This document shows, piece by piece, positions 1 to 8,383 of a DNA stretch of 64,000 bases. The number at the start of each line of letters is the position of its first letter. The first letter of the stretch is position 1. Below the pieces are notes generated by a model. It had not been told where the DNA came from. It made no database searches and saw only the letters and a program-made list of their open reading frames with translations. The position numbers were made by a program, and so were the translations under genes. Origin of the DNA: Candidatus Thorarchaeota archaeon (GTDB lineage Archaea > Asgardarchaeota > Thorarchaeia > Thorarchaeales > Thorarchaeaceae); NCBI GenBank assembly GCA_050124975.1, contig JASFEF010000001.1, positions 26,122 to 90,121 of the forward strand, read 5' to 3'.

Positions 1-6
1 TCAGGT

Positions 7-831
7 TCAGAACTTCTTCTTCATACCCATGGCATCACGATGGTATTTGCCGAATTCAGTTATTTTCGATAGATAGTTGCCTGAATATACAGGACCATCT
101 ACGCAGACTAGTGATCCAGTTGGATCAAGTGCACAAGTCCCGCATATCCCACAGCCACACTTCATGAACCTCTCAAGAGACGCCTGAAATTCCATTTTCC
201 GGTCCTTGACCAACTCATAGAGACCGTACATCATTGGCTCGGGACCACAAGAATACAATGTGTCAAACTCATTGTCACTCAAGATTTCTCTCACAGCCTC
301 AGGCGCGAGTCCCTTGAACCCCTCCGAGCCATCATCCGTTGATGTCTTCACACTCAATTTGCTATCTGATAGTTGTAAGAACTCATCAAAGAACATGAGT
401 TCCTGCCTCGTCTTAGCTGCAATCAGGACAGTCACTTCTGTTCCTTTTTTGTGGAGGCTATATACCAACGGTCTCAGTGGTGCCATTCCAACTCCTCCAC
501 CCACGACCAAAGCCTTCTGCGACTCGAGATTGAATGACGACCCAAAAGGCCCCCTGATACCAATCCAGTCTTTTGGTTGAAGTGTGCAGAGTGATTCAGT
601 TGCCTCACCAATAGGGAGGACTGTGATTCCTACTCTCGGTTGCTCCCAAAAGGAGATGCTCATAGGAATTTCATCGACTCCTTGAATCCATATCATTAGG
701 AACTGACCCGGAGAAAATCTGAAACTGGTACTTTTGACATTGAAAATAATCGTGAGTGCGGTGTCTGTTTCACGAATAACTTCAGAAACCCTCACAGATA
801 CTGGATTTCCCATGAGGTCATCCATACTCAT
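7..831 (-). CDS. pyrK: Dihydroorotate dehydrogenase electron-transfer subunit (PyrK)
   Basis: 274-aa ORF with a ferredoxin-reductase-like body and a C-terminal 2Fe-2S Cys cluster (CGCGICGTC). It overlaps the pyrD stop by 4 nt, consistent with an operon. Confidence 0.85.
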   Translation of the reverse strand: MSMDDLMGNPVSVRVSEVIRETDTALTIIFNVKSTSFRFSPGQFLMIWIQGVDEIPMSISFWEQPRVGITVLPIGEATESLCTLQPKDWIGIRGPFGSSFNLESQKALVVGGGVGMAPLRPLVYSLHKKGTEVTVLIAAKTRQELMFFDEFLQLSDSKLSVKTSTDDGSEGFKGLAPEAVREILSDNEFDTLYSCGPEPMMYGLYELVKDRKMEFQASLERFMKCGCGICGTCALDPTGSLVCVDGPVYSGNYLSKITEFGKYHRDAMGMKKKF

Positions 832-1703
832 GCTTTAGACCTCCACGCCGCACCAACTATTTCAGATACGTCCGAAATTCTCATCTCTTTCAGGTATTTC
901 TTGACGCCTTCTTTGATATTCGAGAAGATATCTAATCCTTCTATAAGTGCCGTACCAATCTGAATCGCACTTGCCCCCGCCAGATGCATCTCTATCGCAT
1001 CCTCCCATGTAGAAACACCCCCAACACCGATTATTGGAATTCCCAAGGTTTGGCTTAAATCATAGACGCATCTCACTGCAACTGGGAAGATAGGGGGTCC
1101 AGACAGTCCTCCTACTTTGTGACCTAGGACTGGACGCATCTGATGGATATCGATCTTTATACCTCTAAGTGTGTTAATGGCCACAATGGCATCAGCACCG
1201 GCTTCTTCTGCAGCCCTGCCAACAGTAACGATGTCAGAGGCATTAGGTGTTAGTTTCGCAAACACTTGGCAATCAACCGCGTCTTTAACCGCTGAAACAT
1301 ACTTGTGAGTCAAATCTGGACTGTGTGCTATCTGGCCAATCTCTGCATGAGGACAAGAGAGGTTCAGTTCAATAGCGGCTGGTTTCAGTTGGATTGCTTT
1401 TTGTGCTACTAGAGTGATTTCTTTGACTGTGCTTCCAAAGATACTGAGTATTACTGGTTTCTTCTTACTTCTCAGAAGCTCCATCTCTTCTCCGAATGCA
1501 TCAATCCCGGGATTCGTCAGCCCCACAGCATTGATGAGCCCTCCGTGAGATGTAGTTAGGACTGGTCCTGGATGACCCTTTCGAGGGGTCAGACCAATGG
1601 ACTTGGTCACTACAGCATCTGCACCAGATTCTATTACCCTGACCAAAGAAGCGGCTGTGACCCCAAGAATCCCAGATGCTAGCCAATACCCCTGTATCTT
1701 CAA
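828..1703 (-). CDS. pyrD: Dihydroorotate dehydrogenase catalytic subunit, class 1B (PyrD)
   Basis: 291 aa with TIM-barrel DHODH motifs (NLSCPH, GGLSGPPI, IGVGGV). Paired with pyrK. Confidence 0.9.
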   Translation of the reverse strand: MKIQGYWLASGILGVTAASLVRVIESGADAVVTKSIGLTPRKGHPGPVLTTSHGGLINAVGLTNPGIDAFGEEMELLRSKKKPVILSIFGSTVKEITLVAQKAIQLKPAAIELNLSCPHAEIGQIAHSPDLTHKYVSAVKDAVDCQVFAKLTPNASDIVTVGRAAEEAGADAIVAINTLRGIKIDIHQMRPVLGHKVGGLSGPPIFPVAVRCVYDLSQTLGIPIIGVGGVSTWEDAIEMHLAGASAIQIGTALIEGLDIFSNIKEGVKKYLKEMRISDVSEIVGAAWRSKA

Positions 1704-1789
1704 TCCGACACCTTGTAATGGACTACCTACTTGTCTGTAATAAGCTAAATGGAGCTAGGACGACAGACTTCTGACCCATTTCTTTGTTT

Positions 1790-2200
1790 AATGTGGATCC
1801 GTCACAAAAACAAGAAACCTCTGTGTTCCACCCATTTCTTGCCAGTGTCACCACCTCTCGAAGGCCAAAAGACTTCAAGATTAGCAAGAGCATTGTCAAT
1901 AATCATCGAGATGGGATCCCTCCTAAAGACCTGACTTCTTTCTCCTGTATTGATATCGGGTCATCACTCCCAATGACAGAGAGATTTTCCACAGTTCTTA
2001 CCACGGCAGGGTCATCATCACTCCTACCAGCGCCATCACTGAAACTAGCAAGGTCCGATTGGACATAGTGAACAGCCGCGGACTCTCTGAAACTTGATAA
2101 GAGTTCTTTCTTGGAGAGTAGGAACTTCCCTCTGAAAAATCTCCATCGGGCTTTCAGTCGTGTACATCGAGTCTTATCCAAGACATCAGTCCACATACTT
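1790..2200 (-). ncRNA. Unclassified conserved structured-RNA candidate, copy 1 (overlaps called ORF 1903..2211)
   Basis: Paralog of 33998..34413, about 74% identical with no indels over ~300 nt. Differences are spread evenly over codon positions. Conservation continues ~110 nt beyond the ORF stop. A terminal helix (AUGUGGA/UCCACAU) and hairpins are kept by compensatory changes. An AT-rich TATA-like box lies ~25 nt upstream. See findings. Confidence 0.5.
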
Positions 2201-2367
2201 AGTTCCTTCATATCATTCTATATTGATACATGCATATTAGCACATACAATTCTTCCTTTGACTGAGAGAGAAGGTTGGTTTGTCAAGACTTGGTGCTTTG
2301 TCGTAAAATAAACAGACTTATCCGGAGTTCAGCAGTTTCAGCACTCAGATTTTCATAGGAAGGGTTC

Positions 2368-3591
2368 ATGGTGCCGGTCTATATCTCACTCACAGCATTT
2401 GGGGTCTTTGTTCTCGATAAAGAAGGAAAAGTGGCAACAAAGTACTTGTCATATCCAGATGTGAATAAGGCTGCTAACAATCTGATAGCAGTCAATGAGG
2501 AAACCGTGACTGAATTCATTGAAAGCAGTCTGAAAGGATTGGAAAAAGAAGACATCATTGTAGAGGATGCTTTACTCGCACGCGCCCTTTCAAAGGTCAA
2601 AGACATCAATGTGAGAATAGAAGAAGGAACAGCTCCAAGATGGTTTAGAGATGGCCAAGATGATTACCTGATTGAGCATGGGGTTCTTGATTCAAGAGAA
2701 GATATTGCTACATTCAGGCGTGAGGTTTCCATTGTTTTAGCAAAGAGCAAGGTGAGCGCAGCCAGTGAAGAGAAGGACCTTCTCATCAAGAATGCAATTG
2801 ACGCTGTTGATGAGATAGACAAATCGATTAATGTACTGGTCATGCGTCTGCGTGAGTGGTATTCACTACATCACCCATCACTGAACAGATTGGTTGAGGA
2901 CCAAGAGATGTTTGCAAAGATTCTCAGTGCTTGCACTGGAAAGACAAACATCACTAATGATTGTCTAGAAAAAGCCGGGGTTCCTGATACATTGGTACAA
3001 CAGATAATCAAAGCCCTAACAGGAGACATTGGCGCTGAATTACTGGACTCTGACCTTCTTGTAATCACCAGCCTTGCAAAGAGTGTGAATGGCTTGTATC
3101 AGATGAGAAACGAGCTCGAGAGTTATATCTCCTCGATGATGCAGTCTGTAGCACCAAATCTCGGAGCATTGGCAGGGCCTATGATTGGTGCCCGACTGAT
3201 CAGTCTAGCTGGTTCCTTGAAGGAACTCGCCAGAAGACCATCTAGTACTATTCAGGTGTTTGGTGCTGAAAAAGCTCTGTTCAGAAGTCTGAAGACAGGA
3301 GCAGACCCACCAAAGCATGGCATCATCTATCGGGTCCCAGAGGTGAACACAGCACCGTTCTGGCAGAGAGGAAAGATAGCAAGGTCCTTGGCTGGAAAAC
3401 TCTCTATTGCAGCAAGAATTGATGCTTACTCTGACAGAGATGTTGGCGATAGTTTGAGGGAGCAGTTCATCTCAAGGGTAGAAGAGATTCGAAGACAAAA
3501 CCCTGAAGCACCATCTCCAAAGCCTAAACCTGAACCAAAGAAAAGACGTGAAAAGAGAGGGCGCCCAAAGAGAAGACGTGGAGGAAGGTAG
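2368..3591 (+). CDS. nop5: Nop56/58 (Nop5) box C/D RNP core protein
   Basis: 407 aa with a Nop domain (AEKALFRSLKTGADPPKHGIIY) and a C-terminal K/R/E-rich tail. Lies immediately upstream of fibrillarin. Confidence 0.9.
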   Translation: MVPVYISLTAFGVFVLDKEGKVATKYLSYPDVNKAANNLIAVNEETVTEFIESSLKGLEKEDIIVEDALLARALSKVKDINVRIEEGTAPRWFRDGQDDYLIEHGVLDSREDIATFRREVSIVLAKSKVSAASEEKDLLIKNAIDAVDEIDKSINVLVMRLREWYSLHHPSLNRLVEDQEMFAKILSACTGKTNITNDCLEKAGVPDTLVQQIIKALTGDIGAELLDSDLLVITSLAKSVNGLYQMRNELESYISSMMQSVAPNLGALAGPMIGARLISLAGSLKELARRPSSTIQVFGAEKALFRSLKTGADPPKHGIIYRVPEVNTAPFWQRGKIARSLAGKLSIAARIDAYSDRDVGDSLREQFISRVEEIRRQNPEAPSPKPKPEPKKRREKRGRPKRRRGGR

Positions 3592-3592
3592 A

Positions 3593-4291
3593 ATGGCAAC
3601 GGTGACAGCACATCAGTTCCCAGGGGTCTATACTATCAAGGACAAAGACCGCACATCACTCTGCACTGAGTCGTTTGCTCCCGGAATCAGTGTATACGGT
3701 GAAAAACTCATTGGTCATGAAGGTAAGGAGTATCGAATCTGGTCTGCACGGAGGTCCAAACTATCTGCCGCGATCAGAAATGGGCTCTCAGAAATGCCGA
3801 TTCAACCAGGTTCTAAGATACTTTACCTTGGTGCAGCATCTGGAACAACAGTGAGTCACTGCTCCGATATTTTAGGAAGTAACGGTGTAGTATACGCAGT
3901 TGAGTTTTCGGAACGGACTGCTAGGGAATTAATCCAGCTCACATTATCTCGAAGTAACATTGTACCAATTGTCGAAGATGCAAGACATCCAACAAGATAT
4001 GCCCCTATTGTGGCAGGACCGATAGAAGTTGTCTATCAGGATGTTGCTCAACCAAATCAGGCAACAATCCTCTATGAAAACCTCAAGACTTTCTGTTCCT
4101 TTGGAGCTTGGGGTATGATTGCAATCAAAGCCAGAAGCATCGATTCAGCATCAGCTCTTGATGAAATATACAGTAAGGAACTATCTACACTGGACAACCT
4201 TGGTCTGCAGATTATAGACAACATCGACCTGAGCCCCCTAGAAAAAGACCACCGGTTCATCGTCTGTCGAGTCACGGAGGACCTGACTTGA
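3593..4291 (+). CDS. flpA: Fibrillarin (rRNA/tRNA 2'-O-methyltransferase)
   Basis: SAM-MTase motif ILYLGAASGTTVSH. The ATG at 3593 lies 1 nt after the nop5 stop. The longer ORF from 3548 overlaps the nop5 tail and is unlikely. Confidence 0.92.
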   Translation: MATVTAHQFPGVYTIKDKDRTSLCTESFAPGISVYGEKLIGHEGKEYRIWSARRSKLSAAIRNGLSEMPIQPGSKILYLGAASGTTVSHCSDILGSNGVVYAVEFSERTARELIQLTLSRSNIVPIVEDARHPTRYAPIVAGPIEVVYQDVAQPNQATILYENLKTFCSFGAWGMIAIKARSIDSASALDEIYSKELSTLDNLGLQIIDNIDLSPLEKDHRFIVCRVTEDLT

Positions 4292-4752
4292 GTAAGTTCA
4301 TAGACAAGATGATTGAACATGACATTGACACGCTCAATGACCATCTTCCTGAGTCAAGGATTCCCTTGAGTGATCTGATTGGAATGGACTCTCCACAGTT
4401 TAAGACCCGAGTTGGAGAGGTCTCAGTGTTCAGGGTAGAAGAGATTGAAGAACTAGCGCAAAAGGTTCCAAAGAAGTACCATAAGGAGATTGGGTTACCA
4501 ATAGTTATTCTTCGAAGGCTAGACTATGGTTCTGGGATTTACACCGTTGCTGGCAATAAGGCAGAGTTATTCACAGTCCACCGCATCATAGGATATGTTG
4601 ACCTAGAATGGGACGTTTTTGCCCAATGGAAACCAATTGAGAAACTGGCCAGACCTCAAGTCCAGACACTCAGACGACGACTTCCATCAACAACTACCAT
4701 TGGAATTGCTATGTCAAAGGAGAAGCCTAGTCTGAACTCTGACCTCCAATGA
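4288..4752 (+). CDS. UPF0216/DUF61-family archaeal protein
   Basis: 154 aa. The LNDHLPESRIPLSDL...GLPIVILRR pattern is typical of DUF61. A TTG start overlaps the fibrillarin stop by 4 nt. Confidence 0.6.
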   Translation: MSKFIDKMIEHDIDTLNDHLPESRIPLSDLIGMDSPQFKTRVGEVSVFRVEEIEELAQKVPKKYHKEIGLPIVILRRLDYGSGIYTVAGNKAELFTVHRIIGYVDLEWDVFAQWKPIEKLARPQVQTLRRRLPSTTTIGIAMSKEKPSLNSDLQ

Positions 4753-4816
4753 ACAAATTTTCACTATTAGATATCCTGAAAAAGGTTCGAACTAGAAAAG
4801 ACACTGGTTAAGACAG

Positions 4817-5782
4817 TTGACTAAGGCAAGAACTCAGCTAATACAAGAGGCAATCACTCACCTAGAGGATGCTGGGTTTATGCTATCATCACAATGTGAT
4901 GTGCGACCGAGCTGTTTTGATCTTGTGGCGCGTAGGGGCGAGCAACTGATTCTTGTTAAGGTGTTAGCGAACATCGATGCGCTGACTGGCGAAGATGCAA
5001 TGGCCCTTCAGATGGTAGCCCACTTCTTCAACGCAACACCGCTTGTGGTTGGAAAGAAGACAAGGAGGGGTGAGCTAGACCCGGGTGTTGTGTACAAGAG
5101 ATACGGCGTATCTACGATTGCACCTCCCAGTTTTCAGAGTATGATCGCAGAAGAACGACTACCCAGAGAGTTCATCCAGAGAGGCGGTCGGTTTGTTGCG
5201 ATTGATGGCGCCAAACTCAGAAAAGCGAAACTCGAACAAAAGATGACAACAGAGAAACTTGCTGATTGTGTTCAGGTATCAGCGAGAGCTATCCTTGCGT
5301 ATGAAAAGGATGAGATGGATGTCAGCACAGACATAGCTGAAAGGCTCGAAGAGGTGCTTGAAACAGATCTTATGATTCCCATTGACCTTTTGAGTGAGAA
5401 ACCCAAAGATAAGGTTCTTCGACAGTTTGATGCTTCACAACACGACATTCCAAACCTAGAGAAACGTGTGAACGAGTTCTTCGAAAGATTGGGAATGACC
5501 GTACTCTGGACGGACAGGGCACCATTCCATGTTGCAGCAAAAGAGAAAGGCCCACCTCTAATGTCTGGAGTTGGTTCAATCACTAGCTGGACATTGAAGA
5601 AACGAATGGAGATTCTCAAGAGCGTTTCAAAGGTGACTGAATCAAATGCCGTAATCATTGTAGAAGAGGGAAAGGTTGAGGAGGGTGTATCAGACCTTCC
5701 AGTGATACGGCAACTCGAGCTTGATGGCATTGAGAAGCCTCGTGAGCTCAAGAAGATAATCGATGAGCGGTCCAGTCAGTGA
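4817..5782 (+). CDS. Archaeal putative HTH-type (XRE-like) transcriptional regulator with an N-terminal endonuclease-like domain
   Basis: 321 aa. A central HTH segment (MTTEKLADCVQVSARAILAYEKDE) is flanked by conserved archaeal N- and C-domains. Confidence 0.6.
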   Translation: MTKARTQLIQEAITHLEDAGFMLSSQCDVRPSCFDLVARRGEQLILVKVLANIDALTGEDAMALQMVAHFFNATPLVVGKKTRRGELDPGVVYKRYGVSTIAPPSFQSMIAEERLPREFIQRGGRFVAIDGAKLRKAKLEQKMTTEKLADCVQVSARAILAYEKDEMDVSTDIAERLEEVLETDLMIPIDLLSEKPKDKVLRQFDASQHDIPNLEKRVNEFFERLGMTVLWTDRAPFHVAAKEKGPPLMSGVGSITSWTLKKRMEILKSVSKVTESNAVIIVEEGKVEEGVSDLPVIRQLELDGIEKPRELKKIIDERSSQ

Positions 5783-5783
5783 T

Positions 5784-6461
5784 TCACAACGAGTCTAGTT
5801 TGGACTGTTCTGTTGACTCGTTTTCAATGATTTTCTTCACAGAATCCCAGCTTTTTCGGACTATTGAGGGCAATTTCTGGTTGTTTCTTACTAAATCTCT
5901 CACAAAATCGACTGTTTTGGGGTCAGATGGATATCCAGAACCAAAGTCACCATATTTCTTATGATACTCTCCAATCACCAAATCCCGTTCAACCTTGGCA
6001 ATGATTGATGCTGCAGAAACAATCGGGTACTTTGCATCCGCTCTATGCTCAGAAATAATCAGTGCACCTTTGGAAGCAAGTCCACTGAGATTGCCAACCT
6101 TCTCACCAAATCGATTTGCATTCACATCTGCTGCATCGAGGTAGATCTCTTGAGGTTTTAGAGCCTTTACAATAGCTACAAACTCTCTGACCTCTATTTC
6201 ATTCAAGGTTGTTCTTTTTCGTAGACGGTCAATCTCTGATGCTGAAACAGACCTGATGAGGACCTTGGAAACAACTTGCTCTATCTTTTCTTTCAATTTC
6301 AGCCGTCTAGAATGTGAGAGTATCTTGGAGTCCTTTACTCCTATCTTTGCAAGCTTGTGAAGTGTTTCAGAATCAACCAATATCCCACAAATTACCATTG
6401 GTCCAACCATTGGACCACGACCCGCTTCATCAATGCCTGCGATTCCTCGAAGACTAGTCAT
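5784..6461 (-). CDS. rnhB: Ribonuclease HII
   Basis: 225 aa with the N-terminal GIDEAGRGPMVGPMV catalytic motif. Confidence 0.9.
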   Translation of the reverse strand: MTSLRGIAGIDEAGRGPMVGPMVICGILVDSETLHKLAKIGVKDSKILSHSRRLKLKEKIEQVVSKVLIRSVSASEIDRLRKRTTLNEIEVREFVAIVKALKPQEIYLDAADVNANRFGEKVGNLSGLASKGALIISEHRADAKYPIVSAASIIAKVERDLVIGEYHKKYGDFGSGYPSDPKTVDFVRDLVRNNQKLPSIVRKSWDSVKKIIENESTEQSKLDSL

Positions 6462-6803
6462 ATGTCACTGAAGGAAATGGTTGCTTTTAATAATCGTTGG
6501 TAATTGATGAAAAAAGAAGATATTTGATGAGTGTCCTCAGTGATGACCGTCGTTTATCGACTCCGTCTGTTATCAGAAATTGTATAATTTGGAAAATACA
6601 TTACGTTGTAATGAATCTAAAGGGTGAATTCTGATTTCTCAAGTAGGCATATCCGCTGGTATGTGTAGAACTCAGTTTTGATTGACAGCGTTAGTTTTTC
6701 TCTCCGAATCTTTATGGGTTGTAACCGCGCAATACAGATTAATCAAGCCAATATATAGGCTGCGACTTATATATTATAGAAGATGTGGGCGGGGTGATAT
6801 TTC

Positions 6804-7712
6804 ATGAGCGTTAATAGAATTCCATTATCAACAGAATGTGCAGTCTGCATCACCAAAACACTGAGTAAGGTGGTTCCTATGCTGACAGATAAATGGGAGC
6901 GGCAAACAGAATTATTCTCAAAGGCATTTCATGCGCTTTCCGAAGGATATGCCAATGATTTGGATGTGCCATCTACACTAATACCTCTCATGATGGAGCT
7001 TTATTCTGCTGCGGGGGTTAATGATCCATTCAAAACCTTGAAACAGAAGAGTGTTGATGCTGCTTTGAGGGCTTTACCATGGATTGAGCAAGGAATCAAT
7101 CGTTTTTCAGGCTTCAAGAAGCTCAGAGCATCGTTATCAGCAGCAATTGCAGGAAATATAATCGATTACGCACACGCTGGAAGTGTTCCTGACTTGGAGA
7201 GTTTAGAGTGTGTATTTGAGACGATTCAGAGAGAGGCCTTTGCCATCGACCATAGTAAAGATCTTTGGCATCGATTAAAATCATCACATGGAAAGGTTGT
7301 GATACTTGGTGATAACGCAGGTGAAACTGTTTTTGATATTCCCCTTGTTCGTATAATAAAAGAGCTAGAATGGACCGTGATCTATGTTGTCAAAGGATTA
7401 CCTTCCATAAATGATGCCACTAAGAATGATGTCTTAGGTACAGGGATTGAAGATCTGGCTATGATTTCTACAACAGGAGCTCGAGCATATGGAACTCCAA
7501 AAGAATATGTGAATCAACAATTTCTTGATTTAGTGGCAGAGTGTGATTTTGTAATTTCTAAGGGACAAGGCAATCTCGAAACTTTTCCTGAGCTACAAAA
7601 TGATCTCAAGAAAGTAGCATACTATGTGCTAAGAGTAAAATGCTCTCATATAGCTTCGATTCTTGGGTGTGAAAAGAACAACAATGTTGTCCTGCGACAG
7701 GACAACAAATGA
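6804..7712 (+). CDS. DUF89 (ARMT1-like damage-control phosphatase) family protein
   Basis: 302 aa with motifs ILGDNAGETVFD and KGQGNLETF. A TATA-like box (ttatatattata) lies ~30 nt upstream. Confidence 0.75.
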   Translation: MSVNRIPLSTECAVCITKTLSKVVPMLTDKWERQTELFSKAFHALSEGYANDLDVPSTLIPLMMELYSAAGVNDPFKTLKQKSVDAALRALPWIEQGINRFSGFKKLRASLSAAIAGNIIDYAHAGSVPDLESLECVFETIQREAFAIDHSKDLWHRLKSSHGKVVILGDNAGETVFDIPLVRIIKELEWTVIYVVKGLPSINDATKNDVLGTGIEDLAMISTTGARAYGTPKEYVNQQFLDLVAECDFVISKGQGNLETFPELQNDLKKVAYYVLRVKCSHIASILGCEKNNNVVLRQDNK

Positions 7713-7767
7713 AACCATTGAACAGTGATGATTCGTAGAGAGGTCATGATTTCAAAGTGAAAAATAG

Positions 7768-7905
7768 TGGTGGGGCAGATGGGATTCGAACCCACGATCG
7801 ACGAGTGTCTTCGTTGACGACGGTCTTTGTTGACCCCGTCCATTTCAGGCGCGAATTGCACCTAGATCTGGAGCCCGTCGCCATACCGGACTAGGCCACT
7901 GCCCC
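7768..7905 (-). tRNA. tRNA-Trp(CCA) with a ~60-nt canonical (37/38) intron and encoded CCA
   Basis: Acceptor GGGGCAG/CTGCCCC. Anticodon stem ACGGG/CTCGT with loop CUCCAGA. T-arm GTGGG-TTCGAAT-CCCAT. The intron contains a GACGG/CCGTC hairpin. Confidence 0.85.
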
Positions 7906-7990
7906 GGAGTTGAGAGCCTGAATTCTGGCTCAGGTTATGAACTTTTCGTCAAGATACAGGACTCGAACTCTCAAAGTCTAAGGGCAAAGA

Positions 7991-8341
7991 TTGATGAGGG
8001 CGCTATACTGGTTTCCAATTCACTTTGGAGGACTTTCTTTGACGAAGAGATATCGTATAGTTGCTCGTATCATAGAAACCAGAGACAAACCATCAGGTAC
8101 ACCCTGTGAAGTTCACAAGGTCGGTGAAGAGTTCGATCTTACAAAAGATGATGACAGGGCAAAAATCTGCAAATGGGCTCTCAATTCTCTTTTCCCATTC
8201 ATAGCAGTTCTAGAGTTTGGTGGAGCCTTTCCTTGGGAACCAAATCCAAAAAAAGCCTTGGTGGCTTGTCCTGACCCCCATAATGTAGTGGTGTTTGAAT
8301 TAGAACGAATGGAAGAAATAGCGAAATCGCCATCCACATGA
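7991..8341 (+). CDS. TIGR04076-family small Cys-containing protein (paralog 1)
   Basis: 116 aa with the pattern C..H.VG..F...C.WA...FGGAFPW...ACPDP.NVVVFE. The start is uncertain (TTG 7991, ATG 7994 or TTG 8039). Confidence 0.55.
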   Translation: MMRALYWFPIHFGGLSLTKRYRIVARIIETRDKPSGTPCEVHKVGEEFDLTKDDDRAKICKWALNSLFPFIAVLEFGGAFPWEPNPKKALVACPDPHNVVVFELERMEEIAKSPST

Positions 8342-8383
8342 CACACCGCATTCTATTAAACTGAAAACTCGGATACTCGGACT

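Noticed and set aside
1903-2211. The 102-aa ORF, and its 101-aa counterpart at 34119..34424, as ordinary protein-coding genes
   Set aside because: The two copies differ equally at all three codon positions (25/30/24 by hand count). Synonymous changes are not enriched (12 of 55 changed codons). Conservation extends beyond the stop codon, and differences in predicted stems are compensatory. A caveat remains: both frames stay open without indels, so a small fast-evolving or dual-function protein cannot be fully excluded.
3548-3592. Long N-terminal extensions of fibrillarin (3548), ftr (30776), the ABC ATPase (51584), the permease (53205), the hydrolase (55328) and the oxidoreductase beta gene (25589)
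   Set aside because: The extensions overlap upstream genes or lack family-typical sequence. Internal ATG starts placed right after the upstream stop reproduce the expected N-termini.
6500-6580. Three closely spaced UGAUGA boxes in the 342-bp rnhB/DUF89 intergenic region, considered as a possible box C/D sRNA
   Set aside because: No CUGA (D or D') boxes lie at the required ~12-nt spacing on either strand, and no terminal stem is present. The spacer remains unexplained, but it cannot be called a C/D RNA.
7646-7861. ORFs overlapping tRNA genes: 7646..7861(-), 14614..14907(-), 34495..34779(-), 34580..34789(+) and 42437..42643(-)
   Set aside because: Each is explained by a well-formed tRNA gene (Trp, Ser, Pro, Ile) with cloverleaf pairing and an encoded CCA. 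The translations are low-complexity and have no motifs.
7806-7868. The tRNA-Trp intron as a box C/D guide RNA, as in some Euryarchaeota
   Set aside because: There is only a single CUGA and no RUGAUGA box C or C'.
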